DNA from: a virus
Lineage: Duplodnaviria > Caudoviricetes
Direction: 5' to 3' (one strand)
Virus record (IMG/VR): IMGVR_UViG_3300030333_004009
Location: 1 to 41,159 of that record
DNA length: 41,159 bases
The notes beneath the pieces were generated by a model that was not told the DNA's origin, ran no database searches, and saw only the letters and a list, made by a program, of their open reading frames with translations. Each line of letters starts with the position of its first letter. Positions within the stretch are counted from its first letter, which is position 1. Positions 1 through 8,312 of the stretch are shown piece by piece. Position numbers and translations under genes: made by a program.

Positions 1-249
1 TGGGGTAGCAACACAGATACCGGAAATGGAACAATTAGAAGTGCAGCTAATGGAACTGTCTTAAGCTCTCCCGATATCAAAACTGCAATTCAGGAGGTTG
101 TAGATAGGTCGGGATGGTCTTCTGGTAATAGTATAGTTATCGCATTCTACTCAAAAACTGAACAGTCCGGAGGCAACAATCAAATGATATACGTTGAAAT
201 GTACGAGGACTCAGGAGATTCCCCTGCTCAACTAGAAATAACAACATAA
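1..249 (+). CDS. 3' end of a probable virion/structural protein (partial, not in ORF track)
   Basis: Frame 1 is open from base 1 to TAA at 247-249: WGSNTDTGNG...SPDIKTAIQEVVDRSGWSSGNSIVIAFY...PAQLEITT*. The 'PD-x4-QEVVDRxGWxSGN' segment resembles beta-rich extracellular/adhesin-type domains. Confidence 0.65.
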   Translation, partial: WGSNTDTGNGTIRSAANGTVLSSPDIKTAIQEVVDRSGWSSGNSIVIAFYSKTEQSGGNNQMIYVEMYEDSGDSPAQLEITT

Positions 250-259
250 GGATAAAATT

Positions 260-1474
260 ATGAAAAGGCGTACATTTTTAACATCTGTAATGAGTGCTTT
301 GTCTCTAGCGGAGACAGTTAAGGCAAATGAAGACCAGTTAAAAAAGAATGGTAAATCAGCTATCTTATTATGGATGGGGGGTGGGCCTTCCACGATGGAC
401 ATCTGGGACTTAAAATCCGGCGCTCCAACCGGAGGTCCTTTTCGTCCTATTGCCACCAGTGGCGAAGTTCAGATTAGTGAGCATATGCCTTTAATGGCCA
501 AGCAAATGCATAACGCTGCAATCATTCGTAGTATGAGCACTCGTGAAGCCGATCACATGCGAGGACGATATTATATGCATACTGGCTATGTGCCTAATCC
601 ATCTATTGACCATCCAAGCTATGGATCTGTAATATCTCATCAGTTAAAAAGAGAAGACATCGCAATTCCTCAGTTTATCTCCGTAGGAGGAGGTAGTATG
701 GGAGCCGGTTTTCTTGGGGCCAAATACAACCCTTTCGTTGTAAATAGCGATGGCAGAATTAGAAATCTAGACATGAAAGTAGACCAGAGATTCTACCAAA
801 GAGCTTACGCTTTAGACGCTATTGAAAATAACTTCATAAACCAGAGAAGGGGTTCTTTAGCAAAAGAACATCAGGCAATCCTTAAAGAGACGTTCAGCGT
901 TCTAACAAGCGCACAAATGGACGCACTTAAGGTTGCTGGTGAGCCTGAGAACATAAAAGAAAGATATGGAGACAATAATTTTGGTAAGGGCTGCTTGATG
1001 GCAAGACGCTTGGTGGAAGCCGGAGTTCCTTTTATTGAAGTTAATCTAGGCGGATGGGATAATCATCAAAACATTTTCCCTACTTTAAGAGACACGAAAT
1101 TGCCCATGTTAGATCAAGGCATGAGCGCGCTGTATGAAGACTTAGAACAGCGTGGGTTACTACAAGACACAGCGATTATTTGGATGGGTGAGTTCAGTCG
1201 AACTCCTCGAATTAACGGTAATGCTGGTCGTGACCACTGGGCACGAAGCTGGAGTGTTGTCGTTGGTGGAGCCGGAATGAATGGCGGCATCGCTATTGGC
1301 GAAACAAACTCGGATGGTACTCGTGTCGAAACCGAACCCTATACATCTCAGGATGTCATGGCTTCTGTATGTAAGGCGCTAGGTATTTCTTTGGGTACTA
1401 CGTTTACTAGTAACAGTGGTAGACCTATGAAAATCGCCAACTCTGGTAAGGTTATAACCGAACTGTTTGGTTAA
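260..1474 (+). CDS. DUF1501 family protein with twin-arginine (Tat) signal
   Basis: N-terminal MKRRTFL; motifs ILLWMGGGPSTMDIWDLK, GCLMARRLVEAGVPFIEV, GGWDNH, GEFSRTPRINGNAGRDHW are typical of planctomycete DUF1501 proteins. Confidence 0.92.
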   Translation: MKRRTFLTSVMSALSLAETVKANEDQLKKNGKSAILLWMGGGPSTMDIWDLKSGAPTGGPFRPIATSGEVQISEHMPLMAKQMHNAAIIRSMSTREADHMRGRYYMHTGYVPNPSIDHPSYGSVISHQLKREDIAIPQFISVGGGSMGAGFLGAKYNPFVVNSDGRIRNLDMKVDQRFYQRAYALDAIENNFINQRRGSLAKEHQAILKETFSVLTSAQMDALKVAGEPENIKERYGDNNFGKGCLMARRLVEAGVPFIEVNLGGWDNHQNIFPTLRDTKLPMLDQGMSALYEDLEQRGLLQDTAIIWMGEFSRTPRINGNAGRDHWARSWSVVVGGAGMNGGIAIGETNSDGTRVETEPYTSQDVMASVCKALGISLGTTFTSNSGRPMKIANSGKVITELFG

Positions 1475-1478
1475 TATA

Positions 1479-1775
1479 ATGAAATTCTATAAGAACGCAG
1501 TTTACGTGCTTTTTTCACTATCTTTGCTGAATTTAGCGGGCTCTTTCTATATGTTCAAACATATAATGAATAAGGACCCAGCAATACAAGTTGAAATCCC
1601 TATAGGGAAAGACCTCATGGAGTTACCCTTGCATGCGAGACTTAGGGATTCACAGATGATGCAAGCAATCCTCATGATCCATCACCAGCTCGGGATACAC
1701 AAACCCGGCTCTCAGCCGATGTGTCCAATGTGTCAAGATTCAGAAATTAAAACTATAGCAGTAGAGAACAATTAA
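1479..1775 (+). CDS. Hypothetical membrane-anchored protein with C-terminal CxxC
   Basis: ORF 1467..1775, ATG at 1479 preferred; N-terminal hydrophobic helix (AVYVLFSLSLLNLAGSFYMF); HHxxxxH...CPMC; stop overlaps phoH start (TAATG). Confidence 0.7.
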   Translation: MKFYKNAVYVLFSLSLLNLAGSFYMFKHIMNKDPAIQVEIPIGKDLMELPLHARLRDSQMMQAILMIHHQLGIHKPGSQPMCPMCQDSEIKTIAVENN

Positions 1776-2473
1776 TGGCAAGACAATCAAAGAAGAAGCC
1801 CGCAACTAGACAGCGCCGAAAAATACTACGACCAAAGACTAGAAATCAAGAAGACTATATGAGTCATATCCACAAGTCTGATGTGACATTCTGTTCAGGG
1901 CCAGCAGGCTCAGGAAAAACTAGTGTATCTGTGGGAATGGCATGTGAATATTTGATCGAAAAGAAGGTAGATAAAATCATTATCACTAGACCTGTCGTAG
2001 AATCGGGTAGAGGTCTAGGACATCTTCCGGGAACTTTAGTCGAAAAGATTAACCCGTACTTAATACCCATACTAGAAGAGATGAACCAGTATCTTACAAA
2101 GAATACTGTTGAAGCGTATAGAAATAAAAACATTATTGAACTTTGCCCCTTGGAATATATGAGAGGGCGGAACTTTCATAATTGTTTCATGATCCTTGAT
2201 GAAGCACAGAACGCTACGTTCGAGCAGATTAAAATGTTTATCACAAGAATTGGCAAAGACTCAAAGGCGGTGATAAATGGAGACTTAAGACAGTCCGACT
2301 TAGGCAAGCAACAAGGAGGTTTGCACACCTGTATGGAAAAATTAGTTGATGTCTCCGGTGTAGGAGTTTGCGAGCTTGACTATAGCGATATTGTGAGAAG
2401 CGATATTGTGTCCAAAATTCTCATAAGATTAAACAAGAAAGAAGATGACGATGAACCAGTCAAATATTTTTAG
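1775..2473 (+). CDS. phoH: PhoH-like ATPase
   Basis: Walker A GPAGSGKT, IIITRPVVE, LGHLPG, YMRGRNF, ILDEAQN, GDLRQSDL. Confidence 0.96.
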   Translation: MARQSKKKPATRQRRKILRPKTRNQEDYMSHIHKSDVTFCSGPAGSGKTSVSVGMACEYLIEKKVDKIIITRPVVESGRGLGHLPGTLVEKINPYLIPILEEMNQYLTKNTVEAYRNKNIIELCPLEYMRGRNFHNCFMILDEAQNATFEQIKMFITRIGKDSKAVINGDLRQSDLGKQQGGLHTCMEKLVDVSGVGVCELDYSDIVRSDIVSKILIRLNKKEDDDEPVKYF

Positions 2474-2768
2474 AGGGATCTTTTTAGCTGTTATTTTAGT
2501 TATAGGAGTTAGAGCTGAATATAATAGCTATCAAGCAGAGAAGAGGCTTAGATCTGTGGAAGATGCAGTTTATTATGGCCACACGATTCAGACTGATACA
2601 GCCATGAAGTTTGAGACATTCCTTCAAGCGCTTTCTGACGAACTCCCAATAGAAGTCGAAGCTTATGCTACTGAGGCCGCAGAGAGAGTGGCTAAAGAAA
2701 CAACAATAAGCACGCTCCAACAATTCTCAGAAAATTTAAAGAAAATAGATGTCAAACTCAATAAGTAA
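2451..2768 (+). CDS. Hypothetical protein with N-terminal membrane helix and helical/coiled-coil body
   Basis: ORF 2445..2768; IFRGIFLAVILVIGV hydrophobic stretch; fits operon packing. Confidence 0.7.
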   Translation: MNQSNIFRGIFLAVILVIGVRAEYNSYQAEKRLRSVEDAVYYGHTIQTDTAMKFETFLQALSDELPIEVEAYATEAAERVAKETTISTLQQFSENLKKIDVKLNK

Positions 2769-2800
2769 TTCTATAATATCATAGACTTATTTACAGGAGT
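2750..2800 (+). promoter_or_regulatory. Putative promoter (TGTC-N18-TATAATAT) plus ACAGGAG ribosome-binding site
   Basis: TATAAT at 2772-2777 in one of the few intergenic gaps; TGTC at 2750-2753; same geometry recurs at 17099-17128. Confidence 0.55.
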
Positions 2801-2805
2801 TTTAC

Positions 2806-3153
2806 ATGCCAACTTATGATTACGAATGTCGTAGCTGCGGCTTTTCCGAAGAAACATTCCAAAAATTTTCCGATAAACCCCTGACAAAATGCCCTGAATG
2901 TGGGCTAGAGGAATACAGGCGGGTCATTCTACAAGCGCCTAACGCTTTCGTAAAAGGCGATCCTACAACTGTGCAGCATCTTGCAGATAGAAATACTCAA
3001 AAAATGGGAAAATATGAGCTTCAAGACAAGATGAAAGCTGATAATATGGACAAGCACATTAAAGATAAAGAAGTGAACAGGTTCAGAAATAAAATTAACA
3101 AGATGACAGCGCAAGAAAAGAAGAGATACATAGAGAAGGGTGATAATGTCTAG
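2806..3153 (+). CDS. FmdB-family zinc-ribbon protein
   Basis: MPTYDYECRSCG...CPECG signature; good RBS (CAGGAG). Confidence 0.88.
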   Translation: MPTYDYECRSCGFSEETFQKFSDKPLTKCPECGLEEYRRVILQAPNAFVKGDPTTVQHLADRNTQKMGKYELQDKMKADNMDKHIKDKEVNRFRNKINKMTAQEKKRYIEKGDNV

Positions 3154-3373
3154 CAAAAATAATAGAGCTGAGAGCCCTCATAAGGCAATAGTCACATTTG
3201 ACATAAGAATACATGAAGTGATGTCTGATGGAACATTATATCCGATGCCTGTTTCTAAAGATGTGATTCAAAAACATGGAATAAACAATAAGGCGGTCAT
3301 TGCAGTTGAAGGCCTTAACAGAGCTGACTGCATACGCAAGATCAAAGATAAGTTGGAGAGAGTTAATGGCTAG
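3146..3373 (+). CDS. Hypothetical protein
   Basis: ORF 3140..3373, ATG at 3146; overlaps neighbours in coupled fashion. Confidence 0.65.
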   Translation: MSSKNNRAESPHKAIVTFDIRIHEVMSDGTLYPMPVSKDVIQKHGINNKAVIAVEGLNRADCIRKIKDKLERVNG

Positions 3374-3701
3374 ATGGGAAAATGAAAACTTAGATGGCTT
3401 AGACATACCGCAGCCACCTAAAATGCATATACAACTTTTTGGAGCTTTAGGTGCAACCCCTAACAGTGAAGCAAACGCTTTCGCTAAAAAAGTGAGCATG
3501 GGAAATAGCAATACATATTATGTGTTATATGGGAGAGGAGATTTGTTTGATCCATTTGGAGCAGACAAAGGCAAACACGGCAGGCCATACTTTTCTCTAA
3601 AGAAGGTTAAAGAAAGTGTATTTAACCATTATATTGATTATATATCTAGTGAAGACAGGATTTTCTTTACTAGAGCAAGACGTTTAATGATGGAGGTTTA
3701 A
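3366..3701 (+). CDS. Hypothetical protein
   Basis: ORF 3300..3701; ATG at 3366 after GGAG preferred. Confidence 0.7.
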   Translation: MARWENENLDGLDIPQPPKMHIQLFGALGATPNSEANAFAKKVSMGNSNTYYVLYGRGDLFDPFGADKGKHGRPYFSLKKVKESVFNHYIDYISSEDRIFFTRARRLMMEV

Positions 3702-3702
3702 C

Positions 3703-4026
3703 ATGGCTAAAAAAGGCCCACTATCTAAAGATGAAAAAAAGTATATTACAGACAATCAAGATTTGTCTACACAGGAGTTGGCAGAAAAGCTTGATAGATC
3801 GGAAGCTTCGATTAAGAAGTTTTCTGATTCACTCGAAAAGCAGGAGGAGGACATTCCTCAGCCGCCTAAGTCTGGTGAATTAATGGCGAGAAACAAAAAA
3901 TACGGAGTCGTCACTATGACGGAAAGCGCCTCCATGAGAGCTGATGAATACAAGAAAGAGGCGCCAAAGGAAGATCCTACCCCCGCAAGATACAGGGGTG
4001 TTATACACAAAATCAAAGGAGACTAA
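3703..4026 (+). CDS. Hypothetical protein with N-terminal helix-turn-helix
   Basis: LSKDEKKYI...LSTQELAEKLDRSEASIKK resembles an HTH; GGAGG RBS upstream. Confidence 0.7.
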   Translation: MAKKGPLSKDEKKYITDNQDLSTQELAEKLDRSEASIKKFSDSLEKQEEDIPQPPKSGELMARNKKYGVVTMTESASMRADEYKKEAPKEDPTPARYRGVIHKIKGD

Positions 4027-4027
4027 G

Positions 4028-4537
4028 ATGATATGCACCCAAAGAGATAATCACATTAGAAAGCTTATCATGGAAGATATATCCATGACTTGGAAGTGCA
4101 CCTTAGATGACGGCACTATTGTCTGGGGTGACTATGAGCGTCCCGGAGTAGAGGAGAGCCCTTGGTCTAGACTTCAGGAGTACTGCGAAGAAAATGGCAG
4201 ATGTGTTTCTAAGGCTCAGGTTATAGTCATGGGAGCTCCTGAAGAAATTGTGTTTGAAGATGAGAATGGTTTAGACGGTTTTTTTATTCTTAGAGGATTC
4301 TCAAAGGATATTGACATGAATACCGGCGACGGCCCTTCGTATCAACACATGACATTTGGCCTAATCAAAGACGACCTACAGCATGTAGAGGTCAAAAAGT
4401 ATAGCTGGCCCGAATGCTCATTTGTAGACTTTGCTCAAGTCAGAAAAACTACCAAAGAAAATTTGTCTTATATGATCTGGAAAAATGGCTCAGAAAAGAA
4501 GCAAAGCGAGCAGGTTCAAATCACCCTCAACGGGTGA
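4028..4537 (+). CDS. Hypothetical protein
   Basis: ORF 3944..4537; ATG at 4028 directly after previous stop, AAGGAG upstream. Confidence 0.72.
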   Translation: MICTQRDNHIRKLIMEDISMTWKCTLDDGTIVWGDYERPGVEESPWSRLQEYCEENGRCVSKAQVIVMGAPEEIVFEDENGLDGFFILRGFSKDIDMNTGDGPSYQHMTFGLIKDDLQHVEVKKYSWPECSFVDFAQVRKTTKENLSYMIWKNGSEKKQSEQVQITLNG

Positions 4538-4928
4538 GTATTGCACCACCGCTCAATATATAGCCGAAATACTCGTCCAAAGGAAGGCAGAGAAAGACAA
4601 CAAAGGATCTCTGGCTTACAAATTCTGGTCGAAGACTCAGAAAGCTCAATATACTCGGCAGGTGCAAAGATGCAACAAGCTTATAGCTGAGTTTGGAGAG
4701 AAGAGAGTTTATGACTATGTAATAAATAAGAACAAAAGAGTATATTCTGTGCTCCCAAATTGGGTCAAAGAAGAAATTTCTAACCATAATGTTAAAGAGC
4801 AATCCGTTGTAAAAACAAAGTTAAATATTAAGAAATCAGATCCTAACGCAAAGCCTAGAAAGCCGTTCGGATCTAAAACACTTTTTTCAAAGTTAAGGAA
4901 TGAAGATGCCAAGAGTCAAGAAAGATGA
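4485..4928 (+). CDS. Hypothetical basic protein
   Basis: 147-aa Lys-rich ORF directly upstream of the recombinase. Confidence 0.7.
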   Translation: MAQKRSKASRFKSPSTGEYCTTAQYIAEILVQRKAEKDNKGSLAYKFWSKTQKAQYTRQVQRCNKLIAEFGEKRVYDYVINKNKRVYSVLPNWVKEEISNHNVKEQSVVKTKLNIKKSDPNAKPRKPFGSKTLFSKLRNEDAKSQER

Positions 4929-5970
4929 TCCATCATTTGTAAAAGAAATTGTAAAAAAATATGGCAACGTAATCTCTACTGGGAACCAAGTTCTAGAAAG
5001 ACGTAAAGACTATAAGGTTATTAGCGTTAGCCCCTCCATTGATTTAGCTTTGAATGGAGGCATTAAAGAAGGCTCTTGGGTTATTCTAACCGGAGACCCT
5101 AAGTGTGGGAAAACCACTACAGCGCTTCAGATCGCAGCCAACTGTCAAAAGGATGGCAGACCAATTATATACCTAGATGCAGAAGGTAGGCTAAAAGAGA
5201 TGAATCTGCTTGGTGTGGATGGTCTTGACAAAGAGAAGATGCAGATTATTCATTCTGAAGATGAGCCATTAAGCGCTGAAGCATTTTTAGACATTGCAGT
5301 AAAGTTAGTAAGTGCAAAAGAAAACGAAGGCTGTGTCTGTATCATTGACTCTACTTCCTCTCTAATGCCCGAAAAAGAGCTAGATGGAGATATGACTCCC
5401 GGACGCGCAGGACTACCAAAAATTCTATCAGTATTCTGTAAGAAGATGGGCCAGATAGTACCAAACCAAAGAGCAACATTAATTATTATTACTCACTTTA
5501 TTGCCAACACTTCTGGATATGGAGCTTCGAGAATGCCGGATTGTGGCAGAAAAATTCAGTACCAAGCTGACACCAGAATGGAGGTAAAATCAATAACCCC
5601 TTGGGTTCAGTCTGATGCTCAGGTTGGCCAAGCTGTAAACTGGAAGGTTGTTTGTTCTTCTATGGGTTCTCCCGGAACTGAGTGCCAAAGTTGGATTAAG
5701 TATGGACATGGTATTGACAAGATACAAGAGCTCGTAATGTTGGCACTAGATATCGGACTCATCGCTAAAGCTGGAGCTTGGCTAACTTGTGAATTTATGT
5801 TGTCCCACAAGGAGGTGGTCAAAAAAATCAAGCCTGAAGTTGACACAGAAAATGTAGACGCTGTTCTTAAAGCAGTAAAATTTCAAGGTCAAGAAAAGCT
5901 TTATAACTTTCTGCTAGGTAATGATGAGGTGGTTTCTATCCTAGAGCATGAAATAAAGGGTATGCTTTAA
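4906..5970 (+). CDS. recA: RecA/UvsX-like recombinase
   Basis: SPSIDLALNGGIKEG, Walker A GDPKCGKTT, YLDAEGR, Walker B CIIDS, GIDKIQELVMLALDIGLIAKAGAW (RecA C-terminal motif). Divergent phage type. Confidence 0.9.
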   Translation: MPRVKKDDPSFVKEIVKKYGNVISTGNQVLERRKDYKVISVSPSIDLALNGGIKEGSWVILTGDPKCGKTTTALQIAANCQKDGRPIIYLDAEGRLKEMNLLGVDGLDKEKMQIIHSEDEPLSAEAFLDIAVKLVSAKENEGCVCIIDSTSSLMPEKELDGDMTPGRAGLPKILSVFCKKMGQIVPNQRATLIIITHFIANTSGYGASRMPDCGRKIQYQADTRMEVKSITPWVQSDAQVGQAVNWKVVCSSMGSPGTECQSWIKYGHGIDKIQELVMLALDIGLIAKAGAWLTCEFMLSHKEVVKKIKPEVDTENVDAVLKAVKFQGQEKLYNFLLGNDEVVSILEHEIKGML

Positions 5971-6383
5971 TGTATGTAGTAGGTCTCGATGGTAAGACTT
6001 GGAAGTGGAATCCTTCCAGAAGCCAAGCTTCAGTAAACGAAAAAAACAGATCTTCTTTGCATAAAAAAGCAAGATCTATCTTGAAAGAAGTTTATCCCTA
6101 TGATAGAATACTAGAGGAAGTGACACTGCCGGGAACCAAGACGGGTTCTAGGAGAACGCTTTTATACGCCGATTTATATGTACCCAACAGAGACTTAGTT
6201 GTAGAAGTACATGGAGAACAGCACTTTAAATTTAATTCTTTTTTTCATAAAGACAAGATGGCATTTTTCAAAGCTCAGGCTAGAGACAAAGACAAAAGAG
6301 CTTGGTGTGAATTGAACCACATGACTTTAATCGAATTAAATTACGATGAATCTGAAGAACAGTGGAGGGCAAAGTTTGACTAA
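5970..6383 (+). CDS. PD-(D/E)xK / Vsr-like (DUF559-like) endonuclease
   Basis: ADLYVPNRDLVVEVHGEQH ... RDKDKRAWCELNHMTLIELNY pattern. Confidence 0.8.
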   Translation: MYVVGLDGKTWKWNPSRSQASVNEKNRSSLHKKARSILKEVYPYDRILEEVTLPGTKTGSRRTLLYADLYVPNRDLVVEVHGEQHFKFNSFFHKDKMAFFKAQARDKDKRAWCELNHMTLIELNYDESEEQWRAKFD

Positions 6384-6843
6384 CGAACAGAAAGTGAATG
6401 AATTTCTACAAAAGGTCGATGACTGGATAGAAGATAGAAACATAGATCTAGCCGACAAGAATGAAGAGGTCGCTGAAGTTATGTCAATGAAGTCTGACGA
6501 GATCAGATCGTTGAATCAAGAAAAAGCACTTTCTTTCAGCTTTGTTTTATTTTCACATGCCGAATATCTACAAACATTACATAATAAGGAAAAGACAGTT
6601 GTAGAATTTTGTAGCGATAGTATATGGTTTATCGTTGCAGACAAGATGGATAACTACGGAGGTCAGTACGCAAAATGGGAGATGCGTTACTACTCCGCTA
6701 TAAAAGAAAACCCTTTGGCCGCTGAGTTGAATAGACTAAAACTAACGGCAGAAGCTAGAATAAATAGACTATCAGGCAAGATAGATGCCGCAAAGAGGAT
6801 GGCGTCCGTGTTGCATGACATAGGTAAGAAAAGAGGATACTAA
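6376..6843 (+). CDS. Helical protein, possible UvsY-like recombination mediator
   Basis: ORF 6346..6843, TTG at 6376 after GGAGG; all-helical/coiled-coil character, size and position after the recombinase. Function is inference. Confidence 0.5.
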   Translation: MTNEQKVNEFLQKVDDWIEDRNIDLADKNEEVAEVMSMKSDEIRSLNQEKALSFSFVLFSHAEYLQTLHNKEKTVVEFCSDSIWFIVADKMDNYGGQYAKWEMRYYSAIKENPLAAELNRLKLTAEARINRLSGKIDAAKRMASVLHDIGKKRGY

Positions 6844-7277
6844 TGAGCGTATTGGAAACAGCTAAAGACCTTCTAAGGAAGGGGATAGCTTTAAACGATG
6901 CTGAATTAATAGCTATGGCTAACCAGCTTATAGCCGATAATTCTCCAGCGCAGGAACCTGAAGTTGCAGAGCGGCCCAAGGAAACACCCACGAGGAAGGT
7001 TTCTGTCGATGACTTCTCTATGCCTGAAAGATCAGAGGCTAAGGGAGAACGTCACGTACCAGTGAACTCCATTAAGGACAGAGTAAACCAGTTCATAGAT
7101 GATAAGTCAGAACACACAGATATTACTACGCCAGAAATTACTCTAACAGAGAGAAGAAATCCAACCAAAATGATCTCTCAAAAATGTCAGGAGTGTGGTC
7201 GGGATTTTGAAGTCCATGAATCACATAGAAGAGAATGGTTTGTTTGCGATTCCTGCCTATCTGGGAGAAGAAGATAA
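6843..7277 (+). CDS. Hypothetical protein with C-terminal zinc finger
   Basis: CQECGRDF...CDSC at the C-terminus; TAATG coupling at both ends. Confidence 0.75.
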   Translation: MSVLETAKDLLRKGIALNDAELIAMANQLIADNSPAQEPEVAERPKETPTRKVSVDDFSMPERSEAKGERHVPVNSIKDRVNQFIDDKSEHTDITTPEITLTERRNPTKMISQKCQECGRDFEVHESHRREWFVCDSCLSGRRR

Positions 7278-7696
7278 TGGTAAAAGTAAAGTTGTTATCG
7301 CAATCCGCAAAGGTTCCAACACGGTCAAACACCACAGACGCGGGCTGGGATCTATATGCCTCCAAGACAGACGCTATTATGCGGAGCTGCAGAAAACTCG
7401 TATCAACAGATATCGCTATAGAAATACCAGAAGGATGTGTTGGACTTATTTGGCCAAGATCAGGTCTTTCTGTAAAAAACGGCATTGCTGTTTTAGCTGG
7501 AGTGATTGATTCAGGCTACAGGGGAGAAATTAAAGTTTGTTTACTTAATACTTCAGAGTCTACTTTTATGATAGAGCCGGGTGATAGGATTGCTCAAATA
7601 CTTATACAAAAGGTAGAGGATGTAGATTTTATAGAAGTTGAAAATTTAGATGAGGCTGACCGAGGCGATAGTGGTTTTGGCAGCACTGGGAGATAA
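7277..7696 (+). CDS. dut: Trimeric dUTPase
   Basis: AGWDL, PRSGLS, GVIDSGYRGEI, GDRIAQ, RGDSGFGSTG (motifs 1-5). Confidence 0.97.
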   Translation: MVKVKLLSQSAKVPTRSNTTDAGWDLYASKTDAIMRSCRKLVSTDIAIEIPEGCVGLIWPRSGLSVKNGIAVLAGVIDSGYRGEIKVCLLNTSESTFMIEPGDRIAQILIQKVEDVDFIEVENLDEADRGDSGFGSTGR

Positions 7697-7698
7697 AA

Positions 7699-8046
7699 AT
7701 GCCTTTTAATAGACTACAAGAAATACTAGCCGAAAGAAAAGCGGCTAGAAATCAAGAAGATGAAACCAAAGAAGCTGTGGTGGAGGAAACCACCAGAACA
7801 AGAGGAGAGGTTCGCAAAGAAGCTAAAGAAGAAAGAAAAGAAGAGCGTAAAGAAAAAGTAAAGGAAAGACGGGAATACCGATTAGAGAAACTAAATGCGC
7901 TAAAAGAAAAGATTTATGCGGTCGCAGCCAAAAGAAAATGGTTGTTTTTTATCATCGCAGGTGCTATAGTAGCATACCTAGTTATCTTCAAAGGTGGTTT
8001 TGGAGGCGGTGATATTTTAACTAAGATTAAAGGATTTTTTGGATAA
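7699..8046 (+). CDS. Hypothetical protein: E/K/R-rich helix plus C-terminal transmembrane segment
   Basis: RKEAKEERKEERKEKVKERR followed by WLFFIIAGAIVAYLVIF. Confidence 0.75.
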   Translation: MPFNRLQEILAERKAARNQEDETKEAVVEETTRTRGEVRKEAKEERKEERKEKVKERREYRLEKLNALKEKIYAVAAKRKWLFFIIAGAIVAYLVIFKGGFGGGDILTKIKGFFG

Positions 8047-8144
8047 TGAAAAAAGCACTTACTTTAGAATGGAAAGACTTTCTACTCGGCGTATTTTTAA
8101 GCGCTACAATTTGTATGGGATTCTATATTTTTAGAGGAATGTAA
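8046..8144 (+). CDS. 32-aa membrane microprotein (not in ORF track)
   Basis: MKKALTLEWKDFLLGVFLSATICMGFYIFRGM*; TAATG overlap with upstream stop; fills the gap exactly. Confidence 0.6.
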   Translation: MKKALTLEWKDFLLGVFLSATICMGFYIFRGM

Positions 8145-8312
8145 ATGACCCTTGGTATGACAGCAATAGCTGTTTCCGCATTGATGTATATTATTGTATG
8201 CGGCTCGTGTATTAAACAAAAAGATTATCCACACGCATTGATGTGGATTTCTTATGCTATGGCCAATATTGGATTATTATGGTACGAAATAAAGAAAATA
8301 AACGGAAGCTAG
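8145..8312 (+). CDS. 55-aa two-helix membrane microprotein (not in ORF track)
   Basis: MTLGMTAIAVSALMYIIVCGSCIKQKDYPHALMWISYAMANIGLLWYEIKKINGS*; starts right after previous TAA, with GAGG upstream. Confidence 0.65.
   Translation: MTLGMTAIAVSALMYIIVCGSCIKQKDYPHALMWISYAMANIGLLWYEIKKINGS

Noticed and set aside
1475-1480. TATAAT before the 1479 ORF
   Set aside because: It overlaps the start codon and lacks the upstream TGTC seen at the other two sites; likely chance in AT-rich DNA.
7815-7870. GAA/AAA-rich tandem-like repeat
   Set aside because: Explained by the E/K/R-rich coding sequence (KEERKEERKEK); not an independent repeat element.
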